Assembly: GCA_049322915.1 (NCBI GenBank)
Contig: JBMOPW010000007.1
Span: forward strand, 276,246-340,245
Source of the DNA: Candidatus Zhuqueibacterota bacterium
GTDB lineage: Bacteria > Zhuqueibacterota > Zhuqueibacteria > Thermofontimicrobiales > Thermofontimicrobiaceae
Direction: 5' to 3'
DNA: 64,000 nt
Below, in pieces: positions 18,901-27,529 of this stretch. Both the position numbers and the translations under genes were made by a program. Each line of letters begins with the position of its first letter. The stretch's first letter is position 1. The notes under the pieces were generated by a model, which saw only the letters and a list, made by a program, of their open reading frames with translations, made no database searches and was not told the origin of the DNA.

Positions 18901-20549
18901 GGGTGCAGGTGACTTTTGTCGCTGCCGATTTAAGCAGTCCGGCCAACGCAATGGATACGCTCCGCTATCAATTCCGAATCACGCGCGAGAAAGATGTCAC
19001 GTCGCCCTATGTGGTGCAATGGCAGCCAGTTCCTGATGCGGATGATGTTTTACCAGATTGTATTATTTCTTTCCATATCAGGGATGACATGGCCGGAGTG
19101 GATAGTAGTTCGGTTATATTAAAAATTAATAATAAATTGACAACGACGCGGCCAAAAATTACCGGTGGTTTACATGATTATCTGGTTCAATATCAGCCAC
19201 CTGAGCCATTTCAGTATGGACAAAGCATTGTGCTGCATGTCGATGCTCAGGATCTGGCGGTTGATGCACCAAACAAAATGAAAACAGACAGTTGTCATTT
19301 TTCAGTGCTGCCCGATATCGCGCCGCCAAAAGTGGAGTGGATTTCACCGGGCCTGCCTGGCACGCATATTGCATTAAATTCACATTTTACTTTCGAAATT
19401 TTCGATGAGCTGACTGGCGTCGATATTCGGTCCCTTCGATTTACGTTTCAGGATGAAGAAGTAGAGCCTGACCTGTCGGGCGAGCGTGGCCGAATTCGCG
19501 TGGAGTTCACTCCGGAAAGCCCATTGAATTACAATCAGCAGATTAAATGGGTCGTTACGGGGCGCGATCTTGCTTCGCCATCCAACCGGATGACGGATAC
19601 ATTGTTTTATTTCTATTCATTGGAAGATCACGACGCGCCGTATACGATGAACCATCAACCGGCAAAAAATCAACCCGACGTCAGATTTGATAGTGGAATA
19701 CGCGTTGATGTCTGCGATGATATTGCCGGTGTGAATTTAAGCTCGATTCGGATGACTGTAGAGGGGGATACAGTTCCTCCTCTCATTACAGGAACGTCCC
19801 AGTGTTACCAGCTCTTCTTTCAGCCTGAGCCACCTGGCTTCCGGCCGGGTCAGCGCGTGCGGGTAACTCTTGGCTGTTCCGACCTATCCAATCCACCGCT
19901 TAAAATGGACACAGACAGCTATGAGTTTTTCATTAAAGATGTCTATCCTGATTTTTATTTCGATTCCTTCAATTCAGATAATGCAAAAATATTGGTTCAT
20001 CAACCGATAACATTCTCAGGGGTCTTCCGGGTTGCAGTGGCTCCGACATTTGATTCGGTCATTGTTAAAGTCTGGGACAATAATCGGCCCGTTTTATCCG
20101 AGGCTTTTCCTCCGCTCCCGATTGATGCGGAGATGGAGATCGCCGGCAATGTCGCTTTTCAAACCAGTGGCTCGCATCGGTTACGAGTGACAGTGGATCC
20201 GGATAACAAGATAAGAGAGGCGGATGAAAGTAATAACAGCGCTGAAATCGTGATCAATGTAATTGAAGGGGAACTCATCGTCCGGTCCAATCCGTTTACT
20301 CCGAACGGCGACGGCATAAATGACGAGGTGGCATTCAATTTCGAAAAAATCGCGGTGACGAAACCATCGCTGACATTGTTCGATGTTTCCGGCCGATCGA
20401 TAACGGCGCTGACAGAATACCACAGCTATAAATTTACCTGGGACGGCAGAGATCGGTACGGCAACCAGACGCAACCTGGTGTTTACTTATACCTGCTCAA
20501 AGACGGCGAAAAAGTCGTGGCTAACGGCTACGTCGTGATTGCACGCTAA
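15966..20549 (+). CDS. Large secreted Ig-repeat surface protein with CARDB and T9SS type-B-like C-terminal domain
   Basis: Signal peptide, 3 carboxypeptidase-regulatory-like repeats (ISG..), a central unique domain, 7 tandem ~100-aa Ig-like repeats (D..PP...P...GVD..SI...A.DLA..PN.M), CARDB (VDPDNKIREADESNN), and C-terminal NPFTPNGDGIND...WDG......PGVYLY....GYVVIAR. Confidence 0.88.
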   Translation: MNWQRTKRLSYLFFLGFILSIRPSVALLFGQQAGTSRISGYIFNKFGQPLSGVEVRAIISSGSYYDRIVYSSADGSFDIQSLPVGQYYLRIFNKLGYLDVYYENALNKEDATLIKLNYDQHVQDVNFYLESGGFISGTIFDEAGAPITSSSSIVFFEAENNNPRGVINSMKDGSYVSPALPSGPHILKASSFPSGYILTYYQNVSTQDSATVVHVTQGDTVKNIDFYLRKGGAISGFVRGDTPENEPVFNAWVVVTDWDNGEWSSECKTDSDGYYRAAGLRPGNYRVLVYSVDPLLYHTEFYRDTPQRENAIPVTVIGEETTSDINFNLQPVRRLVTGNEFIEFCVSDRYPGTNLSLWITGGLPESNTDNDKPLLFGHPYPYTSFTTVRIDGEDIIFGSEKGDMVGNVYIKPDGKSIERTWKYKKISIVQKITLTVSEWSETKYEDTAQIQYVITNDDGISHQVGLRILLDTMLGDNDAAPIRTSDFTYSNYERSFNSHNMPDWWAAMEGDKRKTIFSAQGTLVGYGATAPNQFSTVNWSNAFKTLWDYRTSGDVGVIYDSGVAMWWNPEPIAPGNTKIVCTYLGLGEMFPDNSPPYTAHHSPARDSSYVALHSNIQVDILDDYMGVDSTTIVMTVNGQVVNPTISGSLSQFTVSFDPEENFNYNDTVRIKIDASDLAIEPNIMPTDEYVFYAVRDTLPPYVKDVYPLAGLSRVKSDTSLSLTICDDHSGVDSASIEIRMDGEVIRPNITGSPQQYFIRHPFEPPFGEMDTVMVFIRAKDRVAPANPVTMQYLFVTERDSLSPRITFTYPSNNQVHIPRDTTITIRLEDDYTGIDLQSIRMMVNGTLVEHELRVSDSRHVEIAYRPDHGFRFNDRISVQIEARDLARHPNAMPPFGFNFSVVTDVEPPFITSQTPVPNDTTVVPSPQIVIGIADEKAGVDSLSIRLWLNENSVPFQLTGNKFQYLVNYQIPSPLNYLEWVQVTFVAADLSSPANAMDTLRYQFRITREKDVTSPYVVQWQPVPDADDVLPDCIISFHIRDDMAGVDSSSVILKINNKLTTTRPKITGGLHDYLVQYQPPEPFQYGQSIVLHVDAQDLAVDAPNKMKTDSCHFSVLPDIAPPKVEWISPGLPGTHIALNSHFTFEIFDELTGVDIRSLRFTFQDEEVEPDLSGERGRIRVEFTPESPLNYNQQIKWVVTGRDLASPSNRMTDTLFYFYSLEDHDAPYTMNHQPAKNQPDVRFDSGIRVDVCDDIAGVNLSSIRMTVEGDTVPPLITGTSQCYQLFFQPEPPGFRPGQRVRVTLGCSDLSNPPLKMDTDSYEFFIKDVYPDFYFDSFNSDNAKILVHQPITFSGVFRVAVAPTFDSVIVKVWDNNRPVLSEAFPPLPIDAEMEIAGNVAFQTSGSHRLRVTVDPDNKIREADESNNSAEIVINVIEGELIVRSNPFTPNGDGINDEVAFNFEKIAVTKPSLTLFDVSGRSITALTEYHSYKFTWDGRDRYGNQTQPGVYLYLLKDGEKVVANGYVVIAR

Positions 20550-20560
20550 ATGGAAAAATT

Positions 20561-22333
20561 ATGATCGCCTGGAAAAAAATACTGATCGGGATTGTCATTA
20601 TTTCCGGAATTCTGGACGGCGGGAATCCTCGTTCCTGCGTCTCGCAGAATATTCTCACAGCCGACCCTGCCGATATCTTTGATTCAAAAGCGATTTTTTT
20701 GAACTCGGCTGTGATTCCTTTTCAGAGACGCCATGTTGCGCTGGGAATGCAAGTGTATCAGATGGGTTTTATGAAAAGCAATGAATTGGGTTTGAATACC
20801 GGCTATTTCAGTCTTTCCCTGGCTGAGTCGCTTCCGTTGTATCTGAATTTCGGATTGTCCGGACAAAATTTTTCAACGCCGTTGTACGATCAGACAAATT
20901 TTTCATTACATTTCGCCGCCAGGCCAATGGAGCGGATATCCGTAGGGATTAAGTACAATGTGTTCACCAAATCGTATCACCAGAGGTATTTCGACCTGGT
21001 GGATATCAACGATCCTGTCTTTGCGAATGGCACGACCAAGTTTGCCCAGAGTATCGGCGCCGGGGTGCTGTTTTTCCCGCTGTCTGAGCTTGCGCTGGGT
21101 CTGGCAGTTGATCATATCAATCGGCCGGATGTTTCTCTTTCCGATGACGTGTTCCGGCAACCTCTGGCGTACGACATGGGGATTCGGTATTCGTACAGAC
21201 ACTTTAGTAGTTCCATTCATCTGAATTATATGCAGGAACACTGGCAGTTCAATTGGATGCTGGAAACGCGGCCGACGTCCATAAGCTCATTCAGGCTGGG
21301 CTTGATTCAGAAGGCTGCGGATTTTCAGGTCGAGTTGAGCGTGCTGGATGGTTTTTCAATCAACTATGTTTTTAATTACCCGCTTTACGAGGTAAGCCAG
21401 ATTAGCAGTGGCAGTCATCAGATTAACTTCATTTATGAGTTGGGACGGAGAACTCCGCTGGATGAGTTTCAATACACCAGGTATGATGAAGGCAAATCAC
21501 CCATTTTCGACCTGCCGTCTCAATTCTTTGTTGAACTGAATGATGCGACCCTTGAAGTTCAGTCACAAAAAATTCTTCGCCGGATTGAAAATGATGTGCC
21601 CGGTAATGCGCTTGCAAATCTGACTGAAATGGAATTGGCTCTCAATGATTCCATCAGCCATCCGCAGGATTTTTTTCAGCACGGACAGGTGGAAGAGCCG
21701 TTGGATCGTTTGAGCGGGAAGCCAAAATATTCGACTAAGTATGATAATTATTTAGCAGAATTGGCCGATATTTTTTCCGGAGATGGGGATGAGTCCATCA
21801 AAATCCTGACCGAAACTGCATCTCGAACACGAGCGGAAGATTTGCTTCGGGACAAAATCTACAATGCGACCAAATTGGCGGCCACAGAAAAGGTTGTCCA
21901 GTTAAATGAAACCGAAGCCACCCGCAAAGTGAAACCGGGCGATGTACCAAAAAGCAGCTATGCCTCGGCGATTGAACTCAATCCGGAAAAGGCTGTCTTT
22001 TCTGTCACATCGCTCAAAATGAGGGCGTATCGGCGAGAATGGCGGCTTGTCATACTGGACGGAGATGAAAAGGAAGTCAAAAACTTTTCCGGAAAAAACG
22101 ATGTTCCGGAAACAATTGAGTGGGATTGGAGGAACCAAAACGGCAGGTTGCTTCAGCCGGGCGTCTATGTGTACCGCCTCGAATGGTTCGATAACGAGGG
22201 CAAGTTGCGACAATCGCGAGCGGCGTCGTTCAGCGTTGAAAAGCGCTCGCGCACATTTTACATTGATGTGTGCGCATCGCCCAGGAAAATCGAGCCCGAA
22301 GGAACCCACGTTGAAATTAAACTGACGCAATAG
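20561..22333 (+). CDS. PorP/SprF-like outer-membrane beta-barrel with C-terminal FlgD-Ig-like domain
   Basis: Signal peptide, alternating beta strands, LGLAVDHINRPDVS and SGSHQINFIY motifs as in the PorP/SprF family, C-terminal WDWRNQNG..LQPGVYVY; directly follows a type-B CTD gene. Confidence 0.75.
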   Translation: MIAWKKILIGIVIISGILDGGNPRSCVSQNILTADPADIFDSKAIFLNSAVIPFQRRHVALGMQVYQMGFMKSNELGLNTGYFSLSLAESLPLYLNFGLSGQNFSTPLYDQTNFSLHFAARPMERISVGIKYNVFTKSYHQRYFDLVDINDPVFANGTTKFAQSIGAGVLFFPLSELALGLAVDHINRPDVSLSDDVFRQPLAYDMGIRYSYRHFSSSIHLNYMQEHWQFNWMLETRPTSISSFRLGLIQKAADFQVELSVLDGFSINYVFNYPLYEVSQISSGSHQINFIYELGRRTPLDEFQYTRYDEGKSPIFDLPSQFFVELNDATLEVQSQKILRRIENDVPGNALANLTEMELALNDSISHPQDFFQHGQVEEPLDRLSGKPKYSTKYDNYLAELADIFSGDGDESIKILTETASRTRAEDLLRDKIYNATKLAATEKVVQLNETEATRKVKPGDVPKSSYASAIELNPEKAVFSVTSLKMRAYRREWRLVILDGDEKEVKNFSGKNDVPETIEWDWRNQNGRLLQPGVYVYRLEWFDNEGKLRQSRAASFSVEKRSRTFYIDVCASPRKIEPEGTHVEIKLTQ

Positions 22334-22545
22334 CGTTGCTCGTCTGGTTGATGAAACTCATTCAAAAACCATTAGGTAACAGAAAATAGTCCTCGACACA
22401 AGAGGCGATTTCGATGAGAGGGAAGTTCATGATGTAGCGAACGTGCGCTGAAGGTCGGAACACGTTTTGCCCGTCCGAAACGGAGACGGACAATACACTA
22501 CACGGGTAACAGGAGTTTTAATGCGATAGTTGAAGGAGCATTCCG

Positions 22546-24123
22546 ATGTTTTTAAAGAAGAAAACAATTTTGTTGATGCTGATTTTTTTGTTATTGCCGG
22601 GCGCGGAATTCATCTGGGCCGTTCCGCAGACGGCGCAGCCAGATTCAATAATGAACAGTAATGCCAATACTGCGTTAGATCCAGCAACTCTGACGCAGAT
22701 CAATGGCCTGCAATCCCTCTGGGATATAACGCTCCTGGCTGGATTCTTTCGTTGGTTTATCAACGGGACATTTATTATTGGTATGCTTCTCATTATGTAT
22801 AAAGTCTCGGAGTTGGTCCTGGATTCCAGGCATTCCCGTGATCTGGAGAAATTGAATTTGCGCCGGGCATCGCTGGTAGATGTGATGCGTGTTATTAAGA
22901 ATAACAAGCAAAGTATGTTGAGTCAATTGTTCAAATATATGATGGACCTGTATCAGACCAGACGATCGGCTGAGGGATTCAATAGTGAGATCAGCGATTT
23001 TGTCCAGATCCAGCAGGAGCGATTTCAGGCAGTGCAAACAAAAGTGGCTTTTTTCTCGGAGGCAGCCGGGGCGCTGGGATTGTTAGGTACGGTATGGGGG
23101 ATGTTCATCACCTTCTTTGGCGGGGATCTGGAAAAGCAGAAAATCCTGAGCGGAATGGGTGTGGCCCTGGTTACCACCATTATGGGATTGATTGTGAGCC
23201 TTATTCTCAATTTATTCATGATGCAAACCTTTAGCTATTTCAGAAGACGGATCGATAAAGTTTCGGATCTGGGAAATCAATTCCGGCTGAGATTGCATCA
23301 GTTGGAACAGACCCTGGACAATTCCATTCCTGATAATGGCGAAGATTCCGATAATGGTGATTCAATCAACAAGTCCAATTATGAAATTTCAAAAGCTGTA
23401 ATTGATGCAGTGGATCGACAGCTTAAAAGACCGGATCCAATTTTCGATTTTGTGAGCGATGCGGGCGCGAAGACGGCTGCCGAAAATGGCGGATTTAAAA
23501 TCGTTCCGATTTCAGGTGATAATCAGTCGGTGCGCGTGAATTCACGTCTGGAAAAACCGTTTGTTGTACAAATTTCATCCAACAACGGGAATGGATTATC
23601 GGACCAACCAATCCTTTTTGAAGTCGTGGAAGGTAATGGTAAATTTAGCTCTGGCCGAAAGCAGGAGGAGGTCCTCAGCGATGCCAGTGGATTGGCCCAG
23701 TCGCATCTCATCCTGGGCAGCTTGTCTGGTGAAAATAAAGTGAAAGTGAAAGTGAAAGGCAGTTCCAATTCGGACTTTTATTTCAAGGCATGGGGAGAAC
23801 CAACGGAGCCGGATCAATTGGTCTATGTGTCCGGCAATCATCAAAACGGACCGTGCGGCGCTGAGTTGAAAGAACCTTTTGCGGTGAAAGTCATTGACAA
23901 ATTCAATAATCCGATTCCGGATTGGATCGTATCGTTCAAGGTCGAGGACGGCAAGGGATTTTTCCCTGAGAAAAAGAGCGAGTTTCAGACCCGCACCGAT
24001 CAGAATGGGCTTGCAGAAGTCTACTTTACATTGGGTAAAAAGCCCGGGTTCAATTCGGTGAAGGCATCATTGAAAGGACTGAAGAAATCCAAAATTTATT
24101 TTGAAGCTCTTGGACAGGGATGA
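22546..24123 (+). CDS. MotA/TolQ/ExbB proton-channel subunit fused to two C-terminal bacterial Ig-like (Big_1-type) domains
   Basis: LGLLGTVWGM and GMGVALVTTIMGL channel motifs, then two repeats starting SGDNQ / SGNHQ with PF.V.V.D..NP.....V.F.V..G.G.....TD..GLA. Confidence 0.88.
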   Translation: MFLKKKTILLMLIFLLLPGAEFIWAVPQTAQPDSIMNSNANTALDPATLTQINGLQSLWDITLLAGFFRWFINGTFIIGMLLIMYKVSELVLDSRHSRDLEKLNLRRASLVDVMRVIKNNKQSMLSQLFKYMMDLYQTRRSAEGFNSEISDFVQIQQERFQAVQTKVAFFSEAAGALGLLGTVWGMFITFFGGDLEKQKILSGMGVALVTTIMGLIVSLILNLFMMQTFSYFRRRIDKVSDLGNQFRLRLHQLEQTLDNSIPDNGEDSDNGDSINKSNYEISKAVIDAVDRQLKRPDPIFDFVSDAGAKTAAENGGFKIVPISGDNQSVRVNSRLEKPFVVQISSNNGNGLSDQPILFEVVEGNGKFSSGRKQEEVLSDASGLAQSHLILGSLSGENKVKVKVKGSSNSDFYFKAWGEPTEPDQLVYVSGNHQNGPCGAELKEPFAVKVIDKFNNPIPDWIVSFKVEDGKGFFPEKKSEFQTRTDQNGLAEVYFTLGKKPGFNSVKASLKGLKKSKIYFEALGQG

Positions 24124-24146
24124 GAGCGCGGGAGAAATACTAATTT

Positions 24147-24560
24147 ATGATGAACCAGGGTGGAGTAATACTTCGACTCATCGATGTCACGCTTCTTTTG
24201 TTGTTCAGTTTTATTTCGGTCAGTGAAATAAGTGAGAGAAGTTTCATTAAACTACCGAAAAGCACTCAGACGTTGCCAACCCTTCCCGATAAAGAGGATC
24301 TATTGGTTGTTGGGATAACGCCGCAGGGGACATTTCTTGTCGAGGACGAAACCCGGGTGCTCAATAATTTTCAGGCTTTGGAAGAGTATATTATCAATAA
24401 GAACAATAAAAATTTACGCGAAAATATTGCAACCCGTGTTCGCATTCGCGCTAACTGGAACACTCACATGAAATACGTGGTCGCGCTGGTCAATTTGTGC
24501 GATAGTCTGAAAATACCCAAAGGTCTGGATGTCGTTCTCAAGGAAGGCAATACATTATAA
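24147..24560 (+). CDS. ExbD/TolR-family subunit 1
   Basis: LIDVTLLLLFSF TM with the conserved Asp, IKLPKS, and VRIRA...V.LV periplasmic fold pattern. Confidence 0.85.
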   Translation: MMNQGGVILRLIDVTLLLLFSFISVSEISERSFIKLPKSTQTLPTLPDKEDLLVVGITPQGTFLVEDETRVLNNFQALEEYIINKNNKNLRENIATRVRIRANWNTHMKYVVALVNLCDSLKIPKGLDVVLKEGNTL

Positions 24561-24576
24561 TGTGTGAGTTATTATC

Positions 24577-24987
24577 ATGGTAAAAGGTGGTTTAATCATT
24601 CGCCTTATTGATGTGGTGTTAATTGTCTTATTCAGTTTTTTGAACATCACTGATATTGACCGTAAAGGTCAAATTAAATTACCGTCGATTGGACCGAGCA
24701 AAAGTCAGAAAGTAGCACAGCAACTTCTGTTTCTCACCATTGAAAACGGGAATACGTTTGTATTAACGGACGGCCAGCAAGCCATTGCCCAATTGGACAG
24801 TCTCCCAAAGCTGGAGCGAATGATAGCAAATCTGAATGACCAGTATAAACTGGAACAACGGCGGATGGTTCTGGTGATTGAGCCAGCTATGGAATCAATC
24901 ATACAGTCCACGATCGACGTCATGGATATCTGTGAGAAATACAATATCCCAAAAAGTGTATCCTATTCAAAAATTGAACTCAATTAG
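24577..24987 (+). CDS. ExbD/TolR-family subunit 2
   Basis: LIDVVLIVLFSF TM with the conserved Asp, IKLPS, IDVMDIC. Confidence 0.85.
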   Translation: MVKGGLIIRLIDVVLIVLFSFLNITDIDRKGQIKLPSIGPSKSQKVAQQLLFLTIENGNTFVLTDGQQAIAQLDSLPKLERMIANLNDQYKLEQRRMVLVIEPAMESIIQSTIDVMDICEKYNIPKSVSYSKIELN

Positions 24988-24999
24988 GTCAGGACGCTC

Positions 25000-26208
25000 A
25001 TGGATTGGATTCTGGAAAAAAGTAGTGAGTTTAATTTCAGAGCAAAGCTCTTGAATTATCGTCGAGTGAGCGAATTGCTCGTTATTATATTCTTGATTGG
25101 AATGTACGTCTATCTGGAACATGCCGCTGTCCCTAATTTTGGGTATCAATTTGCCAGAGCTTATAAAGAGATCGATTGGGTCAAGTTTTCAGAGGATGTG
25201 ATGCCACCGGTGCAGCGACAGATCATCCCAATCCCGACAACTCCCGGCGAAACGACTCTCATGACACCTGAGCTTTCAACTACTCTGACCAAATCGGAGT
25301 GGTCGGAGATATCGGATTTATTAAAAAATGATATCAGTAGTGTTTTGAATTCAAAGGAATCAGCTTCGTTGGTGCAACCGCCTGATGAGAAGTTTGAGTA
25401 TTCTCAACTGAAAAATCTGTATGCGGATCCGTCGATGAAAGAAGGACAAACGAGGGTTCAGGACAATCAGGCAGAATTGCATAAAATCAGTTCTCCGATT
25501 TCACTGCTTTCATCAGTAAAGACGAACGCGAGTCAGGCGAATGAATTACCAATCGACGATTATGATATTGCCATTCCGGTTGATCGGGATCGCTACAGTG
25601 AATCGGATAGACCCCAAATTCTTACAACGACCACCACAGCAGCGACGATTGGAATTCCCTCGACTGGCGCTCCGGGTGTGACAATTGGGAAGTCAGCATT
25701 CGCGTCTAATAGACGTTCGACGATTGGAACGGACAAAGTGATACCTGAGACAGGTCCGGGGGGCGGCCAGGTCAGCAGCAAATACACCACATACGTCAAG
25801 CAAAATATGGCCATCATTATCGACGATCTGATGAAGTGGATGAACAGCAACAAGGGATCATTTAACCGGGTGACTGAAAGTTTTATGATGTATGAAAGCG
25901 GTGACCTCACATCGAAAACTGATTATGTTTATAATGGCCGTAAATTTGAGTTATACTTGCTGTACAAGCCCAATGTGAAAGAGATTCGAATTTGTATGGT
26001 GGAGGGAAATCGTTCTACCATGCTCATAGATGATGGGTTCAAAAAGCAAAGCAATTATCTCAGAACTGGCGATGTCTCACGTGATGGAAATGATTCCATT
26101 GTTTTGTTCAGCACCAGTCAGCATCCGGCCTCCGAACAGATGACAAATGAATTTTATCAGATCTTTCTAATGTGGTGGGAAAAAGCAAAGAAATCCATTG
26201 GCTTGTAA
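25000..26208 (+). CDS. Bitopic membrane protein with TonB/TolA-like architecture (TM, S/T/P-rich linker, C-terminal globular domain)
   Basis: Single N-terminal TM LLVIIFLIGMYVYL, long low-complexity region, ~135-aa C-terminal domain; 12 bp after the second exbD. Confidence 0.6.
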   Translation: MDWILEKSSEFNFRAKLLNYRRVSELLVIIFLIGMYVYLEHAAVPNFGYQFARAYKEIDWVKFSEDVMPPVQRQIIPIPTTPGETTLMTPELSTTLTKSEWSEISDLLKNDISSVLNSKESASLVQPPDEKFEYSQLKNLYADPSMKEGQTRVQDNQAELHKISSPISLLSSVKTNASQANELPIDDYDIAIPVDRDRYSESDRPQILTTTTTAATIGIPSTGAPGVTIGKSAFASNRRSTIGTDKVIPETGPGGGQVSSKYTTYVKQNMAIIIDDLMKWMNSNKGSFNRVTESFMMYESGDLTSKTDYVYNGRKFELYLLYKPNVKEIRICMVEGNRSTMLIDDGFKKQSNYLRTGDVSRDGNDSIVLFSTSQHPASEQMTNEFYQIFLMWWEKAKKSIGL

Positions 26209-26285
26209 TTGCGTCGGCAATAATTTGGCTTCAGTATGATGTTCCATTTCGTATCGAACGATTCATACAGGATTGCACGAAAATT

Positions 26286-26963
26286 ATGAAATTAAAATTT
26301 CTCATATTTCTATTATGTTTCTGGGCGATGTATGCGTCAGGGCAGAGCGTCGATAATGGCCAGGGCAAAGTGTCCCAAATTTCTGTGCCGGTTATGAGCA
26401 TCACAGATACTAAATTGATGACCATGTTGATGGATGAATTTTTCATCCCGGAAACATTGGTGACCCGGATGGAGATAATCGATGTGGGGCTCAACGGATT
26501 TGGCGCGCGAGATCTGGTTAAAGTCTACCCTTCAGCCGAAATTTATTTCATCGAATTCATCTCCAATAAAGCCCAGCAAGTAATGAACGACTGGAAGTTT
26601 CGAGCTAATTTTCAAATAGTCACCCAAAATGCGGACGCCAGCGTTTTGTCCAACTACGGCGAAAACAAACCGGCATACAATATTTTCATCTCGTTGCTGA
26701 GGAGCATGGAGCGAAATTACAGTGATTATCCCATCAAAATTAAATTGGAGCGGGATTCTTCCACTGTTAAATTCGAGATGTGGGAATATAACGAAACAAA
26801 GCTGAAGTTCGATCCCCGGTCTACACCCCTGGAGAATGATATTTTGACCAGGCAAGCCAAATCCATTGTCGATAGTACCTACTATGACTGCATTTTTATA
26901 TACAAAACAGTTGTCGATACTGTATACCTACCACAACGCAGATTAGAAACCGTTGCCAAGTGA
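26286..26963 (+). CDS. Hypothetical secreted/periplasmic protein
   Basis: MKLKFLIFLLCFWAMYASGQ is a Sec signal peptide, so the start is placed at ATG 26286; last gene of the run. Confidence 0.75.
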   Translation: MKLKFLIFLLCFWAMYASGQSVDNGQGKVSQISVPVMSITDTKLMTMLMDEFFIPETLVTRMEIIDVGLNGFGARDLVKVYPSAEIYFIEFISNKAQQVMNDWKFRANFQIVTQNADASVLSNYGENKPAYNIFISLLRSMERNYSDYPIKIKLERDSSTVKFEMWEYNETKLKFDPRSTPLENDILTRQAKSIVDSTYYDCIFIYKTVVDTVYLPQRRLETVAK

Positions 26964-27529
26964 CGGAGAAAATTTTAGAGCCAAATGAATTGCATCAAAG
27001 GAAGAGCAGGGTGTGATTAAAAACACCCCGAATCAACTGGTGCGATTGTATTTTTAATGAGATACAACTGTCATTTTTAAAGTGCTCAGTTGGAGCGAAA
27101 TTCAGGCGTGTTTGCCAATTGTATTTCGCTATCCAGGGTTCTGTCTGCAAATGACCAATGTAGAAAAGATCGGCTATTATTAAAATCCATGAAACAAACA
27201 TTGTGATTTCGTTGTTTATATTGTACCAAATTCATTGCATGTCAGGCCGAATTGAACGCTGGCAGTGACTCTGTATTTTCGATGCTATCGCATGAAAGAG
27301 AACAGCGCACAGCCATCCATCGAAAGGAGGCGTATCGAGTCTATTTTGGATAGCGAGCCTGGATAGGGACATCAGCGAATTGAGTCGAGATTGCTGATGA
27401 GGTATTCTTTCTGCAAATTTTACTTTGACTTAATTTATCTCGTAGTTGTTAAAGTTATTTAATCAAAGTGACGATTAATAAAATAGGCAACTTGATTGTA
27501 AATAATCTTTAACAAACAATGAGAAAAAT

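Noticed and set aside
17739..19937. Repeats as a CRISPR array or DGR template/variable pair
   Set aside because: These are diverged in-frame protein repeats; no identical DNA repeats, cas genes or reverse transcriptase in the window.
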